Shown here: positions 18,643 through 26,884 of the stretch, piece after piece
Layout: each line of letters starts with the position of its first letter
How positions within the stretch are numbered: the stretch's first letter is position 1
Origin: an uncultured bacterium
Lineage (GTDB): Bacteria > Auribacterota > JAFGBW01
Length of the DNA: 64,000 nucleotides
Direction of reading: 5' to 3'
NCBI GenBank assembly: GCA_964443875.1
Contig: CAYUET010000002.1
Coordinates: 70,082 to 134,081, forward strand
The notes under the pieces: generated by a model
The model's database searches: none
Seen by the model: only the letters and a program-made list of their open reading frames with translations
Told to the model about the DNA's origin: nothing
Program-made: the position numbers and the translations under genes

Positions 18643-19644
18643 TTACCATTGCCAGAGAGGCATGATTTGATTCTCACTGATGTTGAAAAGGGAGTAAAGG
18701 CCTGGAATTTTACACAGCATCAGGACAATAAAGAGAATGAGACAGAACAGTGTGAAAAAAACAAAATTACGTTCCCTGTAGAGTTTCTCCGGTGCCTGAA
18801 CCGGGCTGTCCGTTTTAAAGCCCAGATAGAGGTAGTAGGTGAGAAATCCTGAGAGGAAAGGAAGCATGAGAATGAGTTCCAGGTGGTAGCGCACCATGAA
18901 AATGCCGGCAAAAAGGCTTCCGGTGACAGCATAGAAGAAGACACTGAAAAGAAGCCGTTCAGGGGTGTAGTGCCGAAAGGATTTTCGGTAGGCTCCGGCT
19001 TTTCCTTCCTGTTTGATTTCCCGAAGTTCCGCAAAGCGCTTGAGGGCCATAAAAAAGGCCCCGTACATCCAGTAGGCGATGAAAAGGGATACCGGAGGAA
19101 AACGGTCCGGAATCAGAATAAACCAGCCCATCACGAGACGGATGGGGTTGTTTATGGATTCGGAAAGGACATCCAGGTAAGGGATTTCCTTGGTGCGGAA
19201 AGGGGAAATATTGTAGAACATTCCCATGATCCACAGGGAGACTGCGGCCCAGCCAAAGGGAATATTGATAGAGAAGGAGAGGCTTATGCCCACACAGGCA
19301 AGAAAGATCCATTCGGCATAACCCAGGGGAATATTGATCAGACCGGAGGGTACGGGTCTGAATTTTTTTTTGGGATGATAAAGGTCAAAGGGGGCATCCA
19401 GGATTTCATTAATCACATAGTTGCTTGAAGCCACAAGGCAGATGGCTGAAACGGAGAGCAGAAGTTTTAAGGGCGAAATGACTGAAAAATCCGGAATCAG
19501 AAAAAAAGCCAGAATAATGCCCAGCCCCATGAAAACGTTTTTAAACCAGTGATCCGGTCTTGCGATATCCACATAGGGCCCGAATTTTCCGAGTGTTTTA
19601 TAGCGGGGAATGGAGGATTTTTCACTTCCATCAATGGTTTTCAT
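18643..19644 (-). CDS. UbiA-family polyprenyl-phosphate 5-phosphoribosyltransferase (DPPR-synthase type)
   Basis: 333 aa with 8-9 TM helices. NEILDAPFDLYHPKKKFRPVPSG matches the NDxxDxxxD...HPxKRFRPIAAG signature of mycobacterial Rv3806c-type decaprenyl-phosphate phosphoribosyltransferases. A second Asp-rich region is present. Confidence 0.75.
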   Translation of the reverse strand: MKTIDGSEKSSIPRYKTLGKFGPYVDIARPDHWFKNVFMGLGIILAFFLIPDFSVISPLKLLLSVSAICLVASSNYVINEILDAPFDLYHPKKKFRPVPSGLINIPLGYAEWIFLACVGISLSFSINIPFGWAAVSLWIMGMFYNISPFRTKEIPYLDVLSESINNPIRLVMGWFILIPDRFPPVSLFIAYWMYGAFFMALKRFAELREIKQEGKAGAYRKSFRHYTPERLLFSVFFYAVTGSLFAGIFMVRYHLELILMLPFLSGFLTYYLYLGFKTDSPVQAPEKLYRERNFVFFTLFCLILFIVLMLCKIPGLYSLFNISENQIMPLWQW

Positions 19645-19809
19645 GATAAGCCCCGGACCTTTCTAAAAAGGATGTTTCCTTGAAGTATAAAAATGTTGTT
19701 TATCAACACTTTTTTCAGATACGTCAATAAAATTATATGCTGGAATTCGCTTTACAAAAAGTTCTGTTTGAAGGAATCTTAAAAACTAATTTTTAAGGAA
19801 TTTAAATAA
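19645..19809. promoter_or_regulatory. AT-rich divergent promoter region between the ubiA-GT-C operon and the GT-C paralog
   Basis: The spacer is 165 bp with no ORF and contains TGTTG-N5-CAACA. The downstream ATG has an AAGGAA RBS. Confidence 0.4.
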
Positions 19810-22800
19810 ATGTTTTTGTTCAAACGGAGCCTTTTCTGGACCTCAGCAGCAATTCTTGTCTTTGTTTTTACACGGCTGTTTTTCATCTCTCTTCCCTCCT
19901 ATGCGGTCACTTATTTTGATGAGGCGATCACCGGGCTTATGGGGATGCATCTTTTAAGGGGTGAGTTTCCCGTATTTTACTGGGGTTGTCCCTATCTAGG
20001 GCCTCTGGAGGCCCTGTTTGCAGCTCTTTTTTTTCTTATCACCGGAGAAGCCTCCACTTTTGCCTTAAGGCTTTCCCCACTCCTGGCCTACCTGATCTAT
20101 GGAGGAGCCCTTTTAGCCCAGGCAAGACTCACCATGAAAAAGGAAGTCTTTTATTTCTGTTTTCTGTTTCTGATTTTTCCGCCTTATTATCTTCTTCATT
20201 TTTCTCTGACCGCCATCGGGGATTACATGAATACGGTCATGCTTGGAAGTTTAATGATACTTCTGACCTCTATCATGATTACGGATGAAAAACGGCTGAA
20301 TTTACGGAATGTTTTTCTTCTGGGGCTTCTTTCGGGTTTTTCCTTCTGGACTTTTATTCAGACTGCGCCTGTGATTCTGGCCTGCCATTTGATTCTGTTT
20401 CTCCGGATGCGTTTCAGCTATCCGGGAATCCCTCTGCTTCTTTCCTTTCTGGGATTTGTTCTGGGGAGTCTTCCCTTCTGGATGTGGAACTGGAATAACG
20501 ATTTTTTAACCTTTACCATGAAAGTCACGGGGGCTGACCCGGGAAGTTTTCCGGGTCATGCCCGTAATTATTATGAGGTGTTAAAACTACTTCTGGGTAA
20601 CTATTCCCTTCAGCCCCAGGGATACAGGACTTTTACCGCAGGCCTTGCCGCTTTTTTTCTGATCGCGGTTCCCTGTCTTCTTTTTTCCGGACAGGGTCTT
20701 TTTGCGAGACTTAAGAAACCTGATCCTCTTCTCCTTTTGATTGTTGCTTTTACCGGAAACTCTCTGGCTTATATTGTAAGCTCGCATGGAGATCTTAAAC
20801 TCCCGCGTTATCTTCTTCCTCTTTATTCCTCGCTTCCTGTTCTTCTGCCTTTTGCCTTATCTTTTCTGCTTAAAGGGCGTTATTTTTTTGTTTTTTCAAC
20901 AGGGCTTCTTCTTTTGATGAGCCTTCCTGAAAATATCCGCTTTACGAAAAGTAATCTCGATCCTGCCTATATCAATCGTTTCACGCCCAGAAGAGCGGAA
21001 TTAAATGAGTTTTTTGATTATCTGGGACAGAATAATATCCGGCATCTTTATGGGGCCTACTGTTTTACTCAGATATTGACTTTTGAGTCCAAAAAATCGG
21101 TGACTGCTGCGGATTATTCGGGTTTCAGAAATATGAGTTACCTGCGGGAGGCGGACAATGACCCTCGCACCGGGCTTGCCGCAGAGGATCTTCTGGGGGC
21201 TCCGGACAGTGATTCCCTGGAATCCACAATCAAGCTTTTGACGAGGAAATATCAGAAGAAAAAATGCGGCCGTTTTACTGTTTTTCATGATTTTAAAATT
21301 AATGACGCCTCTGATGCCCCTTTGCCCTCCGGCAGCATTCAGAGTATTTCGGTATGTGAACAGCAGGAACGGAAAAATTTACTGAATGACAGGATTTTTG
21401 AAACCTTCTGGGAAACGCAAAAGCCCATGACCGGCAAAGAGTGGATAACTTTGACTTTTGTGAAACCGGTGAGGGTGACGCGGCTTCTTCTGATTCCGGG
21501 GACGGATTATCTTGCCTTTCCAAGAGGGCTTCGCATGGAAGGAACGGATGTCCGCGGGCACAGGATCAAGCTTGCAGAGGCGAAATCCATTTGCGGATCT
21601 TTCAAGGTTTTTCATGGAAAGCCAAGGCTTTTTGGGAAAGGGGAAATTGAGATCCGTCTGGACAAAGAAACAGAGCTTTCTTCTGTCACACTTTTTCAGA
21701 CCGGGGAGGATCGCTTTTTTCATTGGAAAATAGGGGAGATTATCCCTTTTGAACAGAAACAGGAAAATTCTCTTTTAATCAGCTCTGTGCCTGAAATTCC
21801 GGAGGACAGATTTCTTGTTACAACCCCGGAGCTATATCTCAAACATTATTATAAAACTTTCCATGATCAGCAAACCATTCCTCTTTATCCGCCCATGCTG
21901 ACTTATCTGCACTGGTCAAGGGTATGGGACTATGACACTCCCAAAAGGTATTTGAATATGGATTCTGATCTTTTGTTTATTTTGCCGCCTGATCATTGGG
22001 AGTATTTTAAAAATTATCTTCAGTCCCATGAAATAGCCTATAGTCTGAAGGAAACGCACAACCTCGTTACTGTGCAAACACAGTCCTGCGGGATTCCGAA
22101 AGATCGAAAATACATCCCTTTGCTGCCCCGGACAAAATGGGCAGAGACTTTTAATCAAAATCCGGTATTTGAAGCTTTTTTTCCTGAGCCTGTCTTGCTT
22201 TATGGTTTTAAACTGGCAAAACCGCCATGTGGATTTCAGTGGAAAGATCTGATGATTGAGATTCTGGATTCGGGCGGAGAATGGAAGTCTGTTGCTTTTA
22301 AAACTCATGAGGCCTATTGGACGGATGAAGTGATTCTGGAATCCTGCCGTGAGGGCTCAGAGGTACATTTTGAAAAACCGGTTCCTGCTCAAAAAGTTCG
22401 GTTTATTCTTCATGGCCTTTACAAAACACCTCAGGATCTTGAGGATTTCTGCAAATCAGAGATTATTGGGGATTTTAAATCCGGGAAGGACGAGTATCTG
22501 GTAAAAAAGACTGAGGCTTCGGGTTCTGTGGCAATTTTTGAAGAAACCCTTTCTCTGGATGATTTTTCTCTTAATCCTTCAAACCCTCATCCGGGCGGGT
22601 ATCTTGAGGTTCATGCCCGTTTTTCATGGCTTAAAAAGAAGAGAAAGAATATGGCTTCTACTTTTTTCCTTCATGCCCTGGACTCCACAGGGTATAAAGT
22701 TTTTCAGCTGGACAGAGATCTGGATTTTGGTAGAAACCCTCAGGATTTAAAAAAACCTTTTGAGAGGAAATATTTTATAAAAATCCCTGAATCCATTAAG

Positions 22801-22950
22801 GAGAAGTCTTTAAGGGTGATTATCGGGCTTTATGATCAGCGAACGGGTAAGCGTTCCAAGCCCTCTTCTTCTCATCCTGTCGACATGAGGTCTGTTGAGC
22901 TGGGGGAGATTTTTATTGCCCCTGATGTTCACAGACCAGAAGATCAGTGA
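19810..22950 (+). CDS. GT-C family glycosyltransferase, ArnT/PMT-like, paralog of 15534..18635
   Basis: 1,046 aa. YFDEAITGLMGMHLLRGEFPVFYWGCPYLGPLE aligns residue by residue with the paralog. Homology continues through the C-terminal domain (FESKKSV...YSGFRNMSYLRE versus FESKKKI...FGGFRNIEFLK). Confidence 0.75.
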   Translation: MFLFKRSLFWTSAAILVFVFTRLFFISLPSYAVTYFDEAITGLMGMHLLRGEFPVFYWGCPYLGPLEALFAALFFLITGEASTFALRLSPLLAYLIYGGALLAQARLTMKKEVFYFCFLFLIFPPYYLLHFSLTAIGDYMNTVMLGSLMILLTSIMITDEKRLNLRNVFLLGLLSGFSFWTFIQTAPVILACHLILFLRMRFSYPGIPLLLSFLGFVLGSLPFWMWNWNNDFLTFTMKVTGADPGSFPGHARNYYEVLKLLLGNYSLQPQGYRTFTAGLAAFFLIAVPCLLFSGQGLFARLKKPDPLLLLIVAFTGNSLAYIVSSHGDLKLPRYLLPLYSSLPVLLPFALSFLLKGRYFFVFSTGLLLLMSLPENIRFTKSNLDPAYINRFTPRRAELNEFFDYLGQNNIRHLYGAYCFTQILTFESKKSVTAADYSGFRNMSYLREADNDPRTGLAAEDLLGAPDSDSLESTIKLLTRKYQKKKCGRFTVFHDFKINDASDAPLPSGSIQSISVCEQQERKNLLNDRIFETFWETQKPMTGKEWITLTFVKPVRVTRLLLIPGTDYLAFPRGLRMEGTDVRGHRIKLAEAKSICGSFKVFHGKPRLFGKGEIEIRLDKETELSSVTLFQTGEDRFFHWKIGEIIPFEQKQENSLLISSVPEIPEDRFLVTTPELYLKHYYKTFHDQQTIPLYPPMLTYLHWSRVWDYDTPKRYLNMDSDLLFILPPDHWEYFKNYLQSHEIAYSLKETHNLVTVQTQSCGIPKDRKYIPLLPRTKWAETFNQNPVFEAFFPEPVLLYGFKLAKPPCGFQWKDLMIEILDSGGEWKSVAFKTHEAYWTDEVILESCREGSEVHFEKPVPAQKVRFILHGLYKTPQDLEDFCKSEIIGDFKSGKDEYLVKKTEASGSVAIFEETLSLDDFSLNPSNPHPGGYLEVHARFSWLKKKRKNMASTFFLHALDSTGYKVFQLDRDLDFGRNPQDLKKPFERKYFIKIPESIKEKSLRVIIGLYDQRTGKRSKPSSSHPVDMRSVELGEIFIAPDVHRPEDQ

Positions 22951-24493
22951 AAGTTTTGACCGGGACAAAGGTGCTTTCCGGGATTTCTGCAAAAAGGGTA
23001 TTCCAGTAATACATGCCTCCGTTCCATAAGCCCGGAAGCTCAAGAGCTTTCAGGTTTCTGCCTTCATGCGATTTAATCGAGATGATCCCGCCTTCCGGTT
23101 CCGAAAAATGAGTCAGATCATAGGCCTCCCCTTTGTAGTTTTTGAGGCCCAGGACCATGAAAACCGGATTAAAATGTGTGGAGCTTCTGACCATGGACAT
23201 TACTTTATCGGAGTTCAGATCGATCTGTGAAGTTTCCACAATCTGAAGAGAACGTGATTTATCGTGGTTCTCCACCCAGAAGGGGAGTCCTCCGATTTCT
23301 CCCTTGTTGCGCACAAGTCCGCAAATCCTCACGGGTCGGTTGAGTGTATGGCGCAGATAGTTTATCTGGTTTTCAAGGCTTTCAGAATGAAGAGCGGGCG
23401 GCGGTGTAAGGGAGAGTGTTTCTTTGATGAATTTAACAATCTGCTGCACATGGCTTTTATCGGGTTTGGTGAGATCCAGTTCTTTTTGATAATTGAAAAT
23501 TTTTTCCTGGATTCCGAGTAAAAGTCCGGCAAGCATTCTCATGTTTTGAATGGAAGGTGTTTTCGCTGAAAGGGTCTGCACATTATCAATGTTTTTAATG
23601 AAGACAATATCGTACTCCCCGGAGACTTGGCTGAGATTCCGGAGAAGAGCGCCGTGTCCCGCAGGGCGTAAGACAAGGCGGCCTTTTGAATCACGGAAAG
23701 GCTTGTTTTCCAGATCCAGAGCGAGGGTATCGGAAGATTTGGATTGAACGGAGAAGCTGACGGAGCTGGGCCGCAGGACCTCTGTTTCGGCGTTTTTACG
23801 GCACTGAATATATTCTTTCAGGGGATCTAAAAAATCTTCGGAAATAGTGAAATGTACATGGGAATTTTTTGGAAAGGGACTGCAGGTTAAAGCAGCTTCG
23901 AAAAGATGTTCATCCACAGGGCTTAAAGATTGCTGGTCATTTTTATGAAATTTGATCAGGGCCTTGGGTATTTTTCCGTAGTTCAGTCCTTTGGGGGTCA
24001 GGAGGATATCGAGTATTTCTCTATAGTGTTCGCGGGAGATGAGTTCTTTTACTGTTTTTCCTGTTTGTTCCCTGAGACAAGCCTGGAGGTCTTCAAAAAA
24101 GGCGAATTTCTGAATGTTGTTCAGAAATTGTTCAAGGCTCAAAAAGTCCGGATCTTTGTTGATGACTCCGTGGTAGAAGACGGAACGGCTGATGGAGGGA
24201 TAGCTGTTGAGCAGGGAAAGCAGGGGTTTGAACATCCGGGAAGCCGCGCCGGAGGCGGGGATAAAGTGGAGCCAGAGTTTTGACTGGATTTCTCTTTTAA
24301 AATAGTTTTCAGCATCCTGAATTTCTGCAGGATTCAGCATTACAATGCCTTCCCCAGGCGTACAGGGCTTGATTAGTTTTAACGGTGAGAATCCGCGGGT
24401 AATTGTTTGAATCTGGGATTCAATCTGGGGCATATTTAATCCGTGTTCTTCAACTTGCCGGATATCAGCCTGAGAAAAGGAATAGTCTGTCAA
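22913..24493 (-). CDS. UDP-sugar pyrophosphorylase-like nucleotidyltransferase (UDPGP-like, resembles DUF4301 family)
   Basis: 526 aa. IPASGAASRMF parallels the LNGGLGTxMG motif of UGPase/UAP family enzymes. LRPAGHGALLRNL parallels their PDGNGGLYRAL motif. The 3' end overlaps the convergent GT-C gene by 38 nt. Confidence 0.5.
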   Translation of the reverse strand: MTDYSFSQADIRQVEEHGLNMPQIESQIQTITRGFSPLKLIKPCTPGEGIVMLNPAEIQDAENYFKREIQSKLWLHFIPASGAASRMFKPLLSLLNSYPSISRSVFYHGVINKDPDFLSLEQFLNNIQKFAFFEDLQACLREQTGKTVKELISREHYREILDILLTPKGLNYGKIPKALIKFHKNDQQSLSPVDEHLFEAALTCSPFPKNSHVHFTISEDFLDPLKEYIQCRKNAETEVLRPSSVSFSVQSKSSDTLALDLENKPFRDSKGRLVLRPAGHGALLRNLSQVSGEYDIVFIKNIDNVQTLSAKTPSIQNMRMLAGLLLGIQEKIFNYQKELDLTKPDKSHVQQIVKFIKETLSLTPPPALHSESLENQINYLRHTLNRPVRICGLVRNKGEIGGLPFWVENHDKSRSLQIVETSQIDLNSDKVMSMVRSSTHFNPVFMVLGLKNYKGEAYDLTHFSEPEGGIISIKSHEGRNLKALELPGLWNGGMYYWNTLFAEIPESTFVPVKTFTDLLVCEHQGQ

Positions 24494-24687
24494 AGCGGTT
24501 TCCTTTTGGATGTTGAAAAATAATATAAAGATCCCTCTGTCAAAGAGTCAAGAAAGAAAGAAGAAATCAGTGTTCAATGTAAAGATGCTTATGAATTGAA
24601 TTTCTATTGCTTTGTTGTTTTTTGGGTAATATAAAAATTAAAAAAATGAATGTATAAAAAATACAAAATATAATTATTTTTATTAAA

Positions 24688-24710
24688 AAATGTAATAAAA
24701 AATTACATTT
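24688..24710. promoter_or_regulatory. Perfect 9-bp inverted repeat (AAATGTAAT-N5-ATTACATTT), a candidate operator
   Basis: It lies in a 308-bp AT-rich region upstream of the pilin-like operon. A related TGTAATGTATTTT follows at about 24766. Confidence 0.45.
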
Positions 24711-24840
24711 TTAGACCATAAAAGCCTTAAATGTTAATATTATGTTGTTTTTTTGAAAAAAATATTGTAATGTATTTTTTGATGATGTTGATCAGAATTT
24801 AATGAATGGCAGGGATCTTAAGAAAGAGGAGCTGAAAAGG

Positions 24841-26229
24841 ATGAAAACAACAAAAAGATTATCTGTTAAAGGGAGTGCGCTGATTGTATCTATTATTTTT
24901 TCAACCCTTATCGGGATGGGGACTGTTGCGCTTCAGAATTTTCAATACCTGACACACAAGACGAACCATAAATCTTTTGAGGGTAATAAAGCCCGCTATA
25001 TGGCGGAAGCTGGTATTATGCTTGCCCTTGATGAGCTTAATAACCAGACTTCCTCCCCTTTTTCCGGAGCCGGGGATTTTTACTGGGCTTCTTCAGGCGG
25101 TAATATTTATACCCTCTCCCGTTCGGATATCGGGAGTGTGAATGTGACGGTTGATTATACAGACCCCAATTCCGTGGTGATTAAAAGTTATGGATTCTAT
25201 CAGAGTGTAAGAAAAGGTTTAGAAGTTAAGGCTATTAAGGCAGGCTCTTCAGCCATTAATCCCATTTTCCCGGGAGCCATTGCCGCCCAGTCCGACATTG
25301 TGACCATGAATTCTTTTACCGTGGATTCCTTTGCAAATGGGGTCTATGACGCTCTTCATCCGGGCTACAACGGGCATGTGTTTACCAAAGATGACAGTAT
25401 CAATTTAAAATCAGGAACCATTGTCAGAGGTCATGTTTACGCCCCTCCAAGTCCTGTTCCGGTTTTCAATACCGGAGAAAATTCCAACGGTAATGTGTAC
25501 TGGACCGCTGCAGATGAAACTGCAGCACATAATTGCGGCGGGAGTACAGGGGTTTTTACAGAGTTTAAACCGGTCGCTATTCCTCCTCATCTTTTAATGA
25601 CAGGCTCGCCTACTGCAGTTCTGTCAAGCGGGGGGAGTTATGGAAGCGGTCATTATACAGGGGCAACGGGTCTTGGAAACTTGACTTTTACCGGCGGTTT
25701 TTATAAAATAGATGGGGATATGGCTCTTGGCAACAGCAAGGTGCTGACCATTAAAGGAAACAGTGATATCTATATCACAGGAGACTTGTCTCTGGGGAAC
25801 GGAGCGATGATAATCAATTATACCCTGAAAGCGGATGGATCTGATCCTGACACCTTGCCTGACGTGGATAAGGTTTATACCCTGAGAATTTATGTGGACG
25901 GCGGACTCACCTTTTCTCAGGGCAATGAAGTGAATATGTACTGCAATTATGATGTCACCAAGCTTCAGCTTTACGGATGCGGGAACGGCTATTTTGCAAC
26001 CCCAGCTAAAAAAATCAATATTAAAAACGGAGGGTCATTTTTCGGATTTGTCTATGCCCCGTATTATGAGGTGGAATTTAATAATGCCAATGAGGTTTTC
26101 GGCGCCTTTGCCTCGTATCAGATTATTCCGAAAAACGGATCAAAGATTCATTTTGATGAACGTTTATGGGGCTTTGTGGACGGGGTGGCCCCGGATAAAT
26201 ACGGATTAAGCGGATGGGAGGAAATATGA
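24841..26229 (+). CDS. PilX-like minor pilin (type IV pilus or pseudopilus assembly protein, PilX_N domain)
   Basis: The N-terminus KGSALIVSIIFSTLIGMGTVALQN...KARYMAEAGIMLALDEL fits the PilX N-terminal domain. The ATG at 24841 has an AGAGGAG RBS. An alternative upstream ATG lies at 24802. Confidence 0.65.
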   Translation: MKTTKRLSVKGSALIVSIIFSTLIGMGTVALQNFQYLTHKTNHKSFEGNKARYMAEAGIMLALDELNNQTSSPFSGAGDFYWASSGGNIYTLSRSDIGSVNVTVDYTDPNSVVIKSYGFYQSVRKGLEVKAIKAGSSAINPIFPGAIAAQSDIVTMNSFTVDSFANGVYDALHPGYNGHVFTKDDSINLKSGTIVRGHVYAPPSPVPVFNTGENSNGNVYWTAADETAAHNCGGSTGVFTEFKPVAIPPHLLMTGSPTAVLSSGGSYGSGHYTGATGLGNLTFTGGFYKIDGDMALGNSKVLTIKGNSDIYITGDLSLGNGAMIINYTLKADGSDPDTLPDVDKVYTLRIYVDGGLTFSQGNEVNMYCNYDVTKLQLYGCGNGYFATPAKKINIKNGGSFFGFVYAPYYEVEFNNANEVFGAFASYQIIPKNGSKIHFDERLWGFVDGVAPDKYGLSGWEEI

Positions 26230-26421
26230 AGAAGACAAACCAGACGCATTATTTGTTTAAAAGCGGATTTCACCCGAATATGGACCGGCATTGCAAATAT
26301 TCGGGAGCCAGGGTCAGGCCTATGCCGCATAGGACTGGCATGCGTAAAAAATAATCGCTTTTAAAAAAATAATAAGAGTGATCTGTGCCGTTTTACCTTT
26401 TAAACCTGAAAGGTCGAAACC

Positions 26422-26880
26422 ATGGGGATATTATGTAATCATCACGATTCCAGGATCCGGATTAAGGGATTTTCCCTGATCGAACTCCTGATCGCCATTT
26501 TTATATTTTTTCTGATTTTTTCAGGAGTCATGAAAAGTCTTGCCTCTATTTTCACTGTTCAAAAGGATTCCCGTGAACTGGCGATCGCCTCTCAGATTCT
26601 AGGTGATATTGCCGAAAAAATCACCTATATGAGAAATACGGCCGGATGGGATGTGATTGATTCTTCCACCCTGGTTTTTAACTCAACGACGGTTGCTGAA
26701 TTGAATTCTCTCCCCGGGAGTTCGGTCAATGTTGCAGTTGTACCTTATAAGGATGCATCCGGCGCAGATACGAATACTTTGAAAAGGATTACGATTACGC
26801 TGAATTGGACTTCCAAAAATGGGAAAGCAAAATCAGAGGCCTTTGAAATGGTGTTGTCAAAACCGCCGTCAGGAATATGA
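26422..26880 (+). CDS. Prepilin-type N-terminal cleavage/methylation domain protein (PilV-like pseudopilin)
   Basis: KGFSLIELLIAIFIFFLIF is a class III signal (G|FxLIE) followed by a hydrophobic helix. The protein is 152 aa. Confidence 0.7.
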   Translation: MGILCNHHDSRIRIKGFSLIELLIAIFIFFLIFSGVMKSLASIFTVQKDSRELAIASQILGDIAEKITYMRNTAGWDVIDSSTLVFNSTTVAELNSLPGSSVNVAVVPYKDASGADTNTLKRITITLNWTSKNGKAKSEAFEMVLSKPPSGI

Positions 26881-26884
26881 GTTT

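Noticed and set aside
18883-19428. 181-aa + strand ORF
   Set aside because: It is antisense to the ubiA-family gene, which has a strong family signature. It is Gly/His-rich low-complexity sequence.
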